This document shows positions 12,433 to 26,472 of a DNA stretch of 64,000 bases, piece by piece. The stretch spans positions 187,488,001 through 187,552,000 of the forward strand of contig OZ038378.1 in NCBI GenBank assembly GCA_964036045.1. The letters run 5' to 3'. The stretch comes from Eutreptiella sp. 'Long Island Sound 2002' (Eukaryota; Protista; Euglenida). The notes beneath the pieces were generated by a model, which did no database searches, was not told the origin of the DNA, and worked only from the letters and a program-made list of their open reading frames with translations. Numbering within the stretch: the stretch's first letter is position 1; each line of letters begins with the position of its first letter. The translations under genes and the position numbers were made by a program.

Positions 12433-13619
12433 CTTGGGTCTGGGGGGGTTCAGGGGGGCGGGTACCCTCCTCCCCCTCCCTCTCCTACGGTGTATGGCCA
12501 TTCGAATACTTCCCTGGCCTTGACATAGGGGGCGTGTGCATAGGCTGAGCACAAAGTGTGCGTCATTGACGGCACACGGGTTGCATACTATCCGCGACAA
12601 TCTGTACCAGAGGCGGGAATGAGACCAGCGGGTAGTAGGCCGTGCTGGCGCCGGGGGCGGGGGGCAAGACGAGGGAAGGGGGGAGGACAGGCATCAGGGC
12701 GTCAAATGGTCCAGTCAGCCCAGGCACGTGTGGCACAACAGACCGCACCTCGACTGGGGAGTAGGGGCAAGGGGCGCCTTGAATGCCCAGGGCAGTGGGC
12801 AGGGGCGGGAGGCACAGGCCTGAGCGTGCGAGCCATCCAGGAACATCGGGCGGACGGGTCGTGCCTTGTCATCCGACCTTATGCCCCAGAAACCGGGTCC
12901 CGGCATTGCGGACGTGGGTGTGGCATCGCCTGCTGGGGTGGGACCGAGGGGCTGGGCCATGCCTGTGAAGAGTTAACACCTGCTGAGAAAAACGGTGTGC
13001 TGGCGCCTGCGGCCCATTTCTGTTATTAGGTCTGATGTGATTTGCGGCGGATGTTGCTGCAACGGGCCGTTGTCCCTGACTTCGGCTGTGCTTGTGCACG
13101 GGGAAGGGGAAGTGAGCAATGGGACAGTTCCCCTGATTGATGGTCTCAGATTCGCCGGCAGTTGATGTTGGCCCGGTGCTCCGTGAAGGTGCAGCTGTAC
13201 TGGCGTCGAGCAGCTTTGTTTGAGCCGCAGCGTGGGGTACAACGGACAAACTCATTCTTTTGTTCGGAAGGGGGGGGTTCGGCGTGATGCGTGAGGGTAC
13301 CTGGCACACGTAATACCTCTGGTCTCCATTTTCAAAACGCGGCCACGGGGCTGCGACGCACACTGTGCGCTTCCAAGGCATCCGCAATCCCTTGTTACGG
13401 GCAGGCACGCCAGGGAGGTTTGATGGCAGGGATGCAGCGGTCAACTAGCTGGATCCAACAAGCGCCACTGATCCCTTGCACTGTGTAAATACAGGGCCTT
13501 GTCTGGGCGCCGCGACCTCATCTGACCCTCGTTGTGCTGACCGCCGCCTTCGCACACACACACACACACACACACACAAATGCAAGACGACGGGTTCGTA
13601 CACTTGTGCATCTTTGCCC

Positions 13620-13818
13620 TCAGAAGATGGCGGGCTCGTCGGGCACCAAGTCCCGCAGCGCCGTGCGGTGCAGCTGCCCCCGGGAGTCATGCACGAGGCA
13701 TTCCAGTGAGCCCAACCCGTGCTCAGTGAGCAGGGCCCGGGCCTGTGCAAATGGAGCGTGGCACGTCCCAAATTGGTCCAGCTGCAGCAGTAGCACAGCA
13801 TTGCGCGGCGGCGTAGCC
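13620..13818 (-). CDS. CDA: CDA-family gene, exon 4 (terminal); joined protein 324 aa
   Basis: Acceptor TTGCAG|G is phase 2, matching exon 3. Reads ATPPRNAVLLLQLDQFGTCHAPFAQARALLTEHG...LRDLVPDEPAIF*; APFAQAR..L.E.G mirrors PCGxCRQxLxExG. Confidence 0.8.
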
Positions 13819-14108
13819 CTGCAAAGCAGCAAAAGGCTGCGGCTCTGGAAGGCTGGGAGTCAGGCCAGGACTGAAGGTGACGGTGGTCGGGGTTCAAGCT
13901 GAAGGTGAACCTGGGGCTGAGGTTGGGACTGAGGTTGAAGCTGGGGCTAGGGCTGATGAGGTTGAAGTTGGGTCTGGGTCTGGGGCTAGGGCTGGGGCTA
14001 GGGCTGAGGCAGAGGCTGAGGCTAGGGCTGCAGCGGACATTGAGACTGATGCTGGGGCTCGGGTTGAGGATGACGGATGGTACTGAGTCGGCAGGCAGGG
14101 GCAGATAC

Positions 14109-14194
14109 CTCACTCCGACTTGAAGGGTATGCAAGAGCCTTGTAACTGCGTCCAGAGTACTGCCGTACTCAATAGTCTTCAATTGCCATGACAC
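14109..14194 (-). CDS. CDA: CDA-family gene, exon 3
   Basis: Acceptor CTGCAG|GTG (phase 0) and donor AG|GTATCT (phase 2). Reads VSWQLKTIEYGSTLDAVTRLLHTLQVGVR; DAV sits at the CAE-equivalent position of domain 2. Confidence 0.75.
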
Positions 14195-14421
14195 CTGCAG
14201 CACAGAAATCCGCTTGTTGAGGTGGGGGTAGGGATAGCTGGGATGGGATTGCGTCCAACCCCAGTATTGACGTTACCTGAAGCGCTGGGTGTCCCATCCT
14301 GACACTCCTGTCGGAGGAGCTCACCCATCAGAGCATCGCAAGCTCCCCTGCACTGGACTCCCGGCCGCAGAGCTCCACTGACCAGCTCCGAGACAGACAC
14401 CATGAAATCACTTAAGCACAC

Positions 14422-14459
<38 letters not shown>

Positions 14460-16750
14460 AGACCCAAGAAAGAGCACTGAACAGCAAACTCGCAAATAAT
14501 GGACAGACAGCGGCAGTATGAGAGTGAGGAGCTGAGTGTCGAGGTTGTCATCAGCACTGAGTATTCCAATGAATAATTGAGCTAGACGACAAAAATGGCA
14601 TAGGCTCCTTTCTGTGCGGGGAAGGTGCAAAGCAGCGGCAACAGGACCAAGGCGGAGTAGCCAGAGAATAGGGCCAGAGAAGATGCATAGAAGATGACCG
14701 CACACCCCATGCCTGCCTCTGCAGTCCAATGTCCCACCTGCAGATGGCAGGCACGCATGCCACAACCCACAAATCCCCCCGTCCTCAGGCTGAAAAAAGC
14801 AAAAACAAAAACAAAAAAGGGGGGGGGGGGTAAAGAAATGTCAGGTTAAACACACAGTGGACGGGGGCCGCAGGGGGAAGGATAAGGTCGTCAGGTCCAC
14901 CACCAGATCACCACCAGATACCACCAGATGGGTGCACATGCACACACACCCAACAATGACAACAGCCATTCCCTGCCTCAGCAAGCACAGGCATTGGTCA
15001 TGGAATAAATCACACTAGGCTGCAACCAAAATCCCTGTAAGCAGAACACCATGGAGCCACACAAGATGACTAGGGGCCTTCCTCAGTCGTGAGCAGGGGA
15101 AAGAAGTGCAAAGACAGTTGCTTGTGACCACCCAGTTGGGGCAGGCTGGGAGCAGAAGAGTTCAATGTTAGCAACCCAAGCACGCTGGGCGCTACAATAC
15201 GGCTAGACATCAGCCATAAACTAACATAACTGATTCTCCCTCATCTAATGAGACATTTGCCAGTCCTAGTGAACGCCGTCTTGGACCCACACTGATATAT
15301 TGCATTGCTGAAATCATGTCATTCATCAAGTCTTACAGTGTGACAAAATACCACCTATTACCAGGGGATACCGTGTTCTAAACACCCCCGGCCTGTACCC
15401 AGCTCCGTATGTTCTGACCAAGTGGGCTGCGCTGCTGATACCATCGAATCCCTCTTGCCACCCCACCTAAGTCAGGCTGCTTACTCTGACCCGCCACGTG
15501 CCTTGTACGACAGCTGATTACTGCCTTTAAACATTAGACGCAAAGGTATGGGTACCCCAGGGGGCCTTTGCCGTCATTGACTTTGGGACCAAGTCCGCCA
15601 CCTTCTGCTTGCTGAAAAACACCTTCCCTTACCAGAGTTTGAAGCTGCGGTCGCCAAAACACTCAAATCTGTGACAATAAATGGATGCTGGGGTGCAAAA
15701 GCTGTCTCTGCAGTCTGTACCTTCTGGCAAAAATTTAGTCAATTAAGAAAGAGAAGTGGCTGTTCCGACCCTTTGCAGCATCTCCACAACCGCTCATTGC
15801 TAAGCGCGTGCTGCCAGTCCCTGCCCTTACTAGCGCTTGGCTGTTTCATCAGACTACAATCCCAAGAGATGCAAGGGTGCTTTTCTATTTCCCAAAATTG
15901 ATCAATTTTCTGCCTGGCTCTAGCAACTGCACGACATAGGCATGCACAATATGGTTGAGCTAGACTGTGGGGATCACCAAGAAATTCACCCGTCTACAAC
16001 TAGTGACGGAGTCACAGCAGCCACTGAATGGCTTATAGCGAAGCGGAGATGATGCATGCCTGAACTGGTCTGGGGTGTCCACAAACAATTCCCACGACTC
16101 AATGGGTAAAGCTAGTAAAGCTACTGCCAAGTCCTTTCAGGAAGTAAAACATTCCAAACCGTCCCATCCCCACCACCGAAAGGCCTGGGCTATTGCACAT
16201 GCACACAACAGGCGATTAGCACAAAGCATGAAAGAAAACTGGGTCGTCAGCGGCCTCGAAAACCATGGGTACCTTTCTATTACAAAGAGTGAGACACGAA
16301 GATGACCCTGGATAGGACACCAACAAAGTAGCAGCAGGTCCGCGGCGGCACCGCGCCCACACACACACGCACGCACGCCCGCACACACATGCACACATGT
16401 GGAGGCACAACCCCCTCCCCTTCCCCCAACACACACACACACACAAGAAAGACATTGCAAGTTATGGTGCTGACCAGGGCCCTATGCAAAGCGGTGCGTG
16501 GAGGATCTGCGCTCACCTCCAAGCAGGTATAACCACGACGGTCGCACATGTCTGGAGGTTCTGTTGGGTGTCAAGCTGTCAGCCATCTATGGGCAGTGGT
16601 GTAGTCTGAGACAGGATGCAGGGCTACGGGTTGTGCCACCAGACCACAGGACCACACAGCTGATCTGCTACGTTGGTTTGAGACACAAAACAAACCCGCA
16701 GGTAGCAGAGGTATGGTTATAGGGGCACGGACAGGGTCGCTGCAGCACAC

Positions 16751-17026
16751 CTCGATCCCTCCGTCCGCAAATAACACCCCAGCTGCGTACCGCAAGGGGT
16801 GCAGGGCATCGTTGTCATCATGGGCCGTGGCAGCAAGCACCTCCCTGTACAGCCGCTGTGCAGGCTTGTCTCTGGGCTCCTGTGCACATGTTGCCATGTC
16901 CCGTGCACACTGTACGATCTCAGCACGGCGTACTCCAGCGTATAGTGGTGGGTGGGGATACAGCTCTGCAAGGGTCGAGGTTTGGCGGTCTGCGCTGCCG
17001 ATCAGGTGCAGCAGCGTGTCGGGAGC
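16751..17026 (-). CDS. CDA: CDA-family gene, exon 2 (end of domain 1 and start of a degenerate domain 2)
   Basis: Acceptor TGCCAG|GCT and donor GAG|GTGTGC are both phase 0. The exon reads APDTLLHL...TLAELYPHP...HPLRYAAGVLFADGGIE, continuing the CDA fold (TLxELLP-like) and starting a second copy. Confidence 0.8.
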
Positions 17027-17899
17027 CTGGCAGAGGCGCAAGAAAGGGCATGCCCAGTGACCACGGCTGTGTTATTGGTGACTGACTCACAATTGTCACA
17101 GAGATCACATGGCTCTGCGCACCACTGCGGTTTTAGGGCAGACAGCGATTGGCATACAATGGGGAATCCTTGCACTGCGCATGCGCTGCGCGCTGCTTTT
17201 CAGTTATACTTTCTTAGAAAGCCTCCAAACTGACCCCCTTCAAAACAACCCCACTAGACAGCATGTGATCGGTGGTCAAGTTGCCTTACAGCTTGCCAAC
17301 GTGCAACCACACAACAGTCACACATCCCTCTCGTCCTTTGAATTGTGTGTGTTGTATGGTGGGCTAGGGAACCTTTTTGGGCGACCATATTGCTACTTTG
17401 TCCCTAGCAGTAGCAGCAGCAGCGACATCAACAAACTTGTAATAGCAATAGCATTAGCAACAACAGCAACAACATAAGCAGTAGTTATAACAAACAAACA
17501 GCAAATTCAGCAGCAGAAGCAACCGCAACATCAACAATATCAGCAACAGCAATGCAATGGGAACCTAACCCCCTCCCCATAATGCCCAATGATGAAAGTC
17601 GCGGGGAGCAGGCATGGCCAAAGCCTAATGCAGACATTGCAACCTAACCATTGAAGCCCCCAATGCATCTATGGCATCTAGTGACAAGAGCAGATTTTGA
17701 TTTCATAGGGCGCGTTAGGGAGCATTTGGACTATGGGTTGGCAACACCCCCCCCTTTCTAAACTCCCTGTGTGGCCTCTTATGATCTTATGACAAGGTTT
17801 CACGGGGCAGCTTAGGATTTCATAGGGCACTTTGGGATTCCAAAAGGGAGCTTGAGAAATGTATAGGCGCATTGGCACTATAGGGTGCCTAACCCCCTC

Positions 17900-19900
17900 C
17901 CTCCAATGGCATTATGGTGCTTGTAAGTGTCTGCCGGTGGCGGCGCACCTTGTGCAGCAGTGCATGGGACCGTCAGAAACGGCGGGTGGCCCGGAAACAA
18001 ATATACCGGTCATCATGTGGAAAAAACCAGGAATATCTCTCCCCTGTGGGACTGGTTTTATGGTCAGCCGTCAGGGTGGCATGGTCTTGTAGATGCTCAA
18101 GCTCGGTATGATACTATGCATGGCGCCATGGAACTTCTTTGCGAGTATGTGGATCAAAGTATTACGGGAATGGGAGGATTTTGCAGCCTATACCTTGCCA
18201 CAAAAGGAGGTCACCCTCATGATCACAGCACTTGCTTCAATGCAGCAGTCGACAGTGCGGCAACATCCACGAGTAGTGCTCTCACAGTCCCGAACTCCCC
18301 CCCCCCAGGCTTCTTTAGAATAATTAAATACCAAGGGGAGGGGGAGGGGGTGCAAAAACCCCTCCCCCCTTCCCCCTCCCCCCACCCACTCCAATTAATT
18401 AAGCAAAAGTCCAGGTTTGTGGTTCATGATGGTGCATGATCAATGGGGGTCCCCCCTTCGTTGTGGGGGGCCCAATCTAGCGTCTACCCCCCTCTCCTTG
18501 CTCTCAACTCTTCCCATCCTCTGTGAAACAAAGCATTGGGGGCCCTGAAATTGCTTCACTTCCAAAAAAAATTTGTTTTTCTTTTTTTTATTTTTGTTTC
18601 CTGTCAATTAGATGACGCTGTCTGCAGGTGTGGTGCCAAGGTGGGCCAAGGGGCTCTTTGCCATCTCCAACGCTTTGAAAGATGTTCCTACAGCGAAGGT
18701 GGCCCTGAAGCATTTCACCAGCTTTGAAATTGTTGTTTGGTGTAACATCTTGCGTGACACATTGACAGAGCTTGCACTTGCAGAGTTGGTTGGGCAAAAA
18801 AGTGACAGCACATTCGGGAATGTTGACCAGATGTGGTGCCATGCTCGGAGGGTGGCCACAGATGTGAAGGAAAAGAGGTACTGTAGGACCATCGTGCAAG
18901 ACATGGGAACTGTTTTGGGTCGCCTTGTGTGCAACAATGTACAGCTGCACGGTACACCGGAGGCAGCGGGTAAGGCCATGAATGATGCTATTGTGGCATC
19001 CGCTGCGAAATGGTCGGTAAAATATAGTCTTTACATGCACCTGAAGTTCCTGAACCTTGCGACTTGGCCCTCCCCAGGTAGTAAAGTAATGTCGTGCATG
19101 TGAACAAGATTGTTTCCGTCTCTATTCGGCCACTATTGTGTTTTTAGGGCTAGGGCAAGGGTTGTGCAATGCTCCAAGAATTCCAGGAAACATCCATGAA
19201 TCAACAGCAAGAATGGACCATCCGCTTTTACAACAAAAACCCTGCATGAAAAGGAAAAAGACGTGCTACAATACATTTTGGTGCGCAAAGATAAGGGGTG
19301 GGTGGGCTGGCCAACCCCCCCCCTCCCCCCTCAACCCTCACACATTATGGTTTCCGTCGAGGAAGAAGAAAAAGAAGTATGAGCATGCAGAGGCATTACA
19401 TGCGGAACATTAGTGCACAATCCTAGTGTACGGTGAAAGAGGATGGACCATAATATACCCGGACAGATCGTCAACACTGCATCTGGTCTTGGGAAGGGTG
19501 GGGGGATATAGAGTATTGTTCGAAGATGAAAGAGACACCGCGGCCTTCGTTCCGCTGGCAGAGGACCAAACAAATGTCCGCGGTCAGTTGAAAGCGGCAC
19601 TACGTGTGTTGGAAGGTCATGGACCGAGTGAACGGTCACTCATATTTCTAGATTGCTTGTTTTTTTGTGAAAGGGGTGCTAGGATGGGATGGCGACAGCA
19701 CAACTGGAGTAATAAAAAGGGGTCTATCCAGCACTAGGACATGTGGGAAGCCATTTTGACTCTTACAGGATGGTGAGGTGAACAAATGAAATGGCTACAC
19801 ACCCTATCGCATATCAATATCACAGGCAACACCAAAGCAGACCATTTGGCGGAGGCAAAGAGCCCCCATTTGTATGGCACGATCTCTGCACGCCCTAGAT
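17900..19900 (+). mobile_element. Decayed non-LTR retrotransposon 3' region with an RNase HI domain, antisense within CDA intron 1
   Basis: One frame at 19426-19860 reads IIYPDRSS...GGYRVLF...QTNVRGQLKAAL...LIFLD...GWRQHNW...QH*DMWEAI...KWLHTLSHINITGNTKADHLA. This is the RNase HI motif series with two premature stops. The protein-like ORFs at 17927-18300 and 18612-19103 are probably upstream ORF2 parts (inference). Confidence 0.65.
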
Positions 19901-21419
19901 AGGCAGAACCGCAAGACGAAGAGGAGCGAGAGGAAGACCCAATAAGAGGGTGGGAGGAGTGGGACCCGGCAAAAGAACAGCCGGAACACCCAAAGATGAT
20001 GCCCCCCCAACTGCACAGCCACAAGGAACACCAGTGCGACCAGCGAACCACCAACACATGGGCTCAATGCCGGCCCAATCTGCCCCGTCACCACTGTGGT
20101 GTGGAATAGTGGGGGGTGTACGTCTGTTCAAAGTGCCAAACGGCCCAGGCTATGCACATCATTGCATTTGTCTTTGGTATGGTTCCCCCAACTACAAGGG
20201 ACGAGGCACTGCCACACACGCCACTGAACGCCAGGATGGGGCCGGTGCGAAATACCTTCTGAACCGCCTAGCCACGGTCTCCACTGTCTCCCCGGGTGTC
20301 GCTGAAATTGTTAAACTCCCTAGACTTGGCTCTGATGAATGATAATGGAGGGGAGTCCTACAGTGATGGCTCTCTACGCTTTGGCCCCCCAACACCATCC
20401 ACTGCATCTACAGGTACCTGTAGTACAGAGGGACCACAATGTATAACTCCATAAAACTGCAACTGGTGGCAATGGAGGATACCGATTGGCGAGATGCGAT
20501 AGCCGCTCTGAAGTTCCTCCTAGCAAGTAGTTCCCCCACCCCACCATATGTTGTACGTAGGTGACCTAAGTGAGCGGGCGGCAACCAGCGCGGATAGTAG
20601 GCAATGAAAGCCGCGGGGGAGTGTGTGCAGCCAAAGGCTGATGTGGACACTGCAACCTGACCATTGAGGTGCCCAATGTACGTAGGTTGGAATTCATGGG
20701 GCACTTTGGGATTTTATAGTGCCTGAGGATTCTACAGGATGTATTGGACAACTGAGCACTCAACATTATGATTGTGATAGAAGAGAGGACACAAAACAAC
20801 TTTGACGAGAGAAGACATAAGCCAATCCTCTCAAGTCCTTATGCTTTCCAGCCTTCCTTCTAGCATCCTTTCTCTACTCATTTGCATTGCTTTCATGCAC
20901 CAAGTATAGTGGAAAAGAATTTACTCCATTTCATGAAGTTGGTGCAGCAATTTTCGCCCTAAATTGTCACTTTAAAACTAGGTTGAAAACATTTTTGACA
21001 ACCAAAACAACTACACTACAAAACAACAGACAGGAAGACTGCTTTTGCCTTGCCCATTTGCATCCATGTCACGTCCCAAGCATTGTGGAAGAAGCACAGC
21101 TCTCTCTGGGGTCACCAGCTTGGCACCATAGTGTCCATCTTACCTTGTCCTAGCAAAGAGGCAAAAGTAGGCGAAAACGGCCATTCTTGCCCGGAAAAAG
21201 CTGCCAATGCACAGAAAGCCACCATTGCCACCACTTGGGGAATGGAACAGGGTACAGTTGTGCGATGGTAGTGCTATTGATATGCAAACACGATGGTTTG
21301 ACTTCTAAACAGTATGCAAGAGATAATTTTCTGGTGCCTGTTAGTGTTGCTGATGTTGCTGCTGCATGTTGCAGTTGCTTGCTGATGTCTCTGCCTGTTA
21401 TCACCAACAACCTAACCGG

Positions 21420-22155
<736 letters not shown>

Positions 22156-22879
22156 AAGCAGCTGTTGATCCTGTGAAGTCATCCTGCCTCCTCTTGCTTC
22201 CTCCTTCTCACTGTAAAGTCCTCCTGCCTCTTGCTGCTTCTCCTCCCTGTCGGGTCCCCTGTTTACCCATTTGTACTGCATTCATGCCCCAATCATTGTG
22301 GAAAAGAAATTGCTCCATTTTGGAGCACCAGTTTGGCGCAGCAATGCTGTGCTGGATTCTCAGCTTGAAAATGGGTTGAAAATGGCTGATTTTCAACACT
22401 TAAATGTCATAGCACAAATCCACAGCTTGGCATACGGCTCCTCACCTGACCATCCTCCTTATGTCCCAACCATGTTAAAAGAACAAAGGTTCCATTTGGA
22501 AGCATCAGCTTGGCACAACACTTTTTCTCATGTATTCTCAATCTAAAATTGGGCTGAAAATGCTATTTGGGCCACGTAAATGGCCTACTTACAGCCCTAT
22601 GAAATCCTAAAGCGCCCTATGGCATCCACACTCGCAGTGGTGTGGGGGATGGGGTGGGCTCAGCTTCTTGCGGTGGTCAGCATCCCACAGTCGGGGCTAA
22701 CCCTAGCCCATGCTTATGTGCTATACTATTAGGCACATTGAGGCCATGCGTAAAATCGTAAGGCAGCTTGTGGCAGTGGTGTTGGTTAGCATTTTATGAA
22801 AATTGTTAGTGAAGGCGGCGCCTACATGAGGCCCCTCTTTTTTGGGGCTGAACGCCCCATCCCCATTGAATTTTTCACC

Positions 22880-23210
22880 TGCCTAGCTGCAACAGCAACA
22901 GCAACAGCAACGGCAATGGGAACGGCAAATCAACATCTACAGCAACGAGGCAATAGCAAAATGCCAGCAACAGCAACAACAGCAGCAACAGCAACAGCAA
23001 CAGCAACATATTACCAACAGCATGGACAACAGCAAAACCAACTGCAACGCCAACAGTAGCGGAAAGAGCAGCAGGAACAGGAGTAGCAGCAGCAAGCGTA
23101 GCAGCAGTCGTCACAGCAGCACCAGCACCAACACCAGCACCAGCACCAGCACCAGCACCAGCACCAGCACCAGCACCAGCACCAGCACCAGCACCAGCAC
23201 CAGCAAAAAC
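22880..23210. repeat. (AACAGC)n / (AGC)n / (CAGCAC)~15 microsatellite next to the CDA intron 1 donor
   Basis: Directly visible; it begins about 25 nt into the intron. Confidence 0.95.
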
Positions 23211-23228
23211 CGTGACAATAGCACACAC

Positions 23229-23642
23229 CACACAGCCAGACATGAACTCGCGACATAAGACACCAGGCGTCACAAAGTGTGCACGGTCTGTCACAATGTA
23301 GATATCCTTGACTTTCTTGAACGGGATCTCACACAGCTTCACTAAAGCTGCACGCTCTGCACAAATAGCCCCCCCAATAATAGGGCTGAATTCACAATTG
23401 GTGCCCGTGACATACTCCAGTGCACCAGCCTCAGACTCGTACACCACGACCGCATAAACACGAAAATTGGAGTGACAGGGCGGTGTAACATTTTGCTTGC
23501 CTTCCCATGCAGCACACTCCATATTCTCAGGTGAACAAATCGCATGCCGGGAACTGTTACGCATGCGGTACCACCGCACAGCAAACGCAGCAGCCGCAGC
23601 AGCAGTCAGGAGGTGAGTCACAACAGCGGACAAAAGACCCAT
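23229..23642 (-). CDS. CDA: Cytidine deaminase-family gene, exon 1 (hydrophobic N-terminus plus deaminase domain)
   Basis: Motifs PPCHSNFRVYAVV, GTNCE, ICAERAAL and TPGVLCREF correspond to APYSxFxVGA, GxNxE, CAE and PCGxCRQ of CDAs. ATG at 23642 follows a pyrimidine tract and AG. Phase-0 donor GTG|GTGTGT at 23228; 23231 is an alternative. Confidence 0.85.
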
Positions 23643-23659
23643 TGAATAATTTATCAAAC

Positions 23660-23690
23660 CTGCCAGAAGAAGAAGAGGAAGAAGAAGCAA
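23660..23690 (-). promoter_or_regulatory. Polypyrimidine tract plus AG: probable spliced-leader trans-splice acceptor (or 5'UTR intron acceptor) of the CDA gene
   Basis: Minus strand reads CTTTTGCTTCTTCTTCCTCTTCTTCTTCTGGCAG|GTTTGATAAATTATTCAATG, with the AG 17 nt before the ATG. Confidence 0.6.
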
Positions 23691-24561
23691 AAGGGTTGAA
23701 GACTGCACAGCCACCCCCCGACCCCCTTGCGGGCCCAACTCAAATGAACTGGTGGTCCCACAACCCACAACCGTCAGGGAAATCAAAACCATGAGTTTGT
23801 CACAGCCCCATTTGGACGGAAGCACTGCACCCACATACACACACACACAGACACATAATGGTCACATGCTCCTTGGGGGAGGGGTGAGGCGTTTGGAAAT
23901 GTAGCTCCACCGCGGCGTCCTTCCCATGCCCCATGTCGCATGTCCCATGTTCCCATGTCCCATGTCCTTCCCATGTCACTTCCCATGCGCCAGTAAACAG
24001 TATTATCCCCAAATGTGAGGGCGACGGACCTGCCTCCTTGCGCAAAATGCAACAAAACACGCATGGACGGGTGCAACTCATCAAGGCTGCCATATCCTCA
24101 ACTCAAGGGGCCAGAGAAATTTGTGGATTGTGAGTCCATATCACCAACTCAAGGGGCCACTCAATTTGTGGATTGTTTGGTGTGGATACGGAGTGAGGCA
24201 AAGCAGGAAGGGAGCCAAAAATGGTCATGGGCGGAGAATGGGCCCAAAAAGATGCCCGGCGCGCCAACGCCCCCCCCCGCGAGCTGGCCGGGAGCCCTAA
24301 ATTTTCTACTTACCCCCACAAACATTTATAAGCACGCCTGTTTACCCATACATAGCAATAGCATCACCCAACCATTGCATACGGTGCACACAAGCCAAGT
24401 TTCAGCAACTTTTAGTGTGAGCATATATTATGTGCGCACCGGGTTGACGTCAGCACTGCGCGCCACACCGCACGCACTGTGCAGTCACTACCCTCTATGG
24501 GGTGAGCTTTTGAGATGAAGGGAGACAGCACATTGCAATGTAACTTTTCTTCATATGTATG

Positions 24562-25236
24562 TACCCTCCCCCCCCCTTGCAAAGTCCCGGGGTAGCGCGC
24601 GACGGTCTCCCGGGTGGGGGGGGGAGACGGTCACCAAGTGACGGTGTCCCGGGGGGGGGGGGGGGGACATTGCAAGGGTATCTCAAGGCAAACTGTGGTA
24701 CCCTCCACTGACGCAAGCAAAGAGAACACATGTGAAGCGACTTTCGCGTTGATGCGGTGCCAATGTGTTTCATCCAACACAAATGTTATTGAGGATCCAA
24801 AGGAACGGTAAAGAACTTCTGGGTACGAGGATAACACACTTTGAATTGTTGCACATCCACCGGAGTGACCCCACCAGGGCGTATGTACCGAATGTGGCAA
24901 AACTGCATCCCATTTGGCGAAGGCCCCACAACAGTGGCCAACACATGTGCACCAAGTGTGCGGGAGTGGTACCGTACATGGTCACCGGGAGAAAACATCT
25001 TGGGTCTGAAGTGGCAACACAACACTCCCATACAACGCCTTTGGAGAGAGAATATCACAGAACATACACAGGTGCTTGATTTGTAGTATTGGGACAGCAA
25101 TGCAAGGCCATGCGTAAAGCAGATGGGCAACACAAACCAGCACAATTCATGTTAACTAGAAAAACATGGAAGTGACGGTGTCCCGGGGGGGGGGGGACTT
25201 TGCAAGGGGGGGGACTTTGCAAGGGGGGGGGGGGTA
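24562..25236. mobile_element. Approximately 670-bp MITE-like element with about 25-bp TIRs and a TA target-site duplication (Tc1/mariner-type signature)
   Basis: Left end TA|CCCTCCCCCCCCCTTGCAAAGTCCC (24562-24588) is the reverse complement of right end GGGACTTTGCAAG(G)n|TA (25211-25236). Internal GTGACGGTGTCCC(G)n repeats are present, and there is no transposase motif. Confidence 0.8.
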
Positions 25237-26472
25237 TCCATGATGCCCAATTCCTCAAAAATGATGCCACCCAAGAGTGCCTTACGGATACACACAATTA
25301 GCATCACCGAACCATTGCATTCAGAGCCCACTTCCCACTTTGAAGCAAGGTTAGTTGTTACCACAAGTTCTGTGCTCACCAAGCTGAGATTGCCTGCGCG
25401 CCGCACCACGCAAACTGCACGGGTGGCACCCTCAATGGCTAGAAGTTGCTTGTCCATACTCATGCGATGGTAGGAAACATGTGTACTAGGGTTGACCCAG
25501 GACAAAGGCCGGGTGGTACCAATTGGGGACTACCATTCAAGAGACTATGTAACTTTTCTTTGCTACTGTTAATTGCTGTGAATTGCGTTGTGGAGTCTCC
25601 AACTTATGAATTTCCCTCTGGAACCTGGAGAGGCGGGGATAGCAGACTATGCATTCCTTCCTTTTAACAATGATCCACATTTCATGATCCCCCCTTGCTT
25701 CGTTTCTTTGTAATGTGCCAGATTCAAAACCGCAGTGCCCAGCTTCAAAACCAATCAAATTACTCATCTCATCACGAATGAAACCAATGACGATTGCTGA
25801 CCCTTCGAATCTTTGGATGACCCAACTTTTCTGGAGGAGGCACTGTATTGTGATGTATGTATAGTGTATGGGCTACCGGACTGTGTGACAGCTTCTTGAA
25901 CACTTTGTGGTGTGTACCAGAACCAAAAAAGGACGAAAATCGTGACCGAAAGGATTTGTATGACAGGCAATACTGGACAAAGGCTACTGAGGGATGTTTG
26001 AATTGCTGAAAGCTGTATCAGAAGTGATAGTGCTTGTTGATGATGAACGGGAGCTATGAAAGGGAGTAATATCAATCGAGTTTTTTATTCGGAGTTTTCG
26101 GGGTATACATGGTATGTTCAAGACCATATTGATTCGGCCAGGAGCAGTGCGGTCTCTAGTTTGCTCTTCATCAACAGGCTCGGGGTCAGCAGCACAACAA
26201 CTAGGATCCATTTTGTGAGCAAACCACTCTTTGAGGGCAATGTGTAATGGTGAGGTGTTGCGTGCACGGCATGATGGATATACTAAATTGTCTCGTTAAT
26301 GACCAACGGCATTACAAGTGGAAGTCGCTATCTAGGCAAAAGACTGCTTTTTATATGGGGCATTGCACTATGTGGGTCAAAGAGGAGTATTAGCGTCGAA
26401 TACCCAGCCGTGAGTGAGGTGGGATATTTTGGTTTGAGTGACATGGGTGGGGGGAAAAAAGGTCTGCGGGGA

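Noticed and set aside
13860-14100. GGGCTN hexamers as interstitial telomeric repeat
   Set aside because: Degenerate, not TTAGGG; simple low-complexity sequence in CDA intron 3.
15000-16300. Possible LINE RT relic in CDA intron 2
   Set aside because: Only vague peptide resemblance (KWLFRPFAASP); no diagnostic motif.
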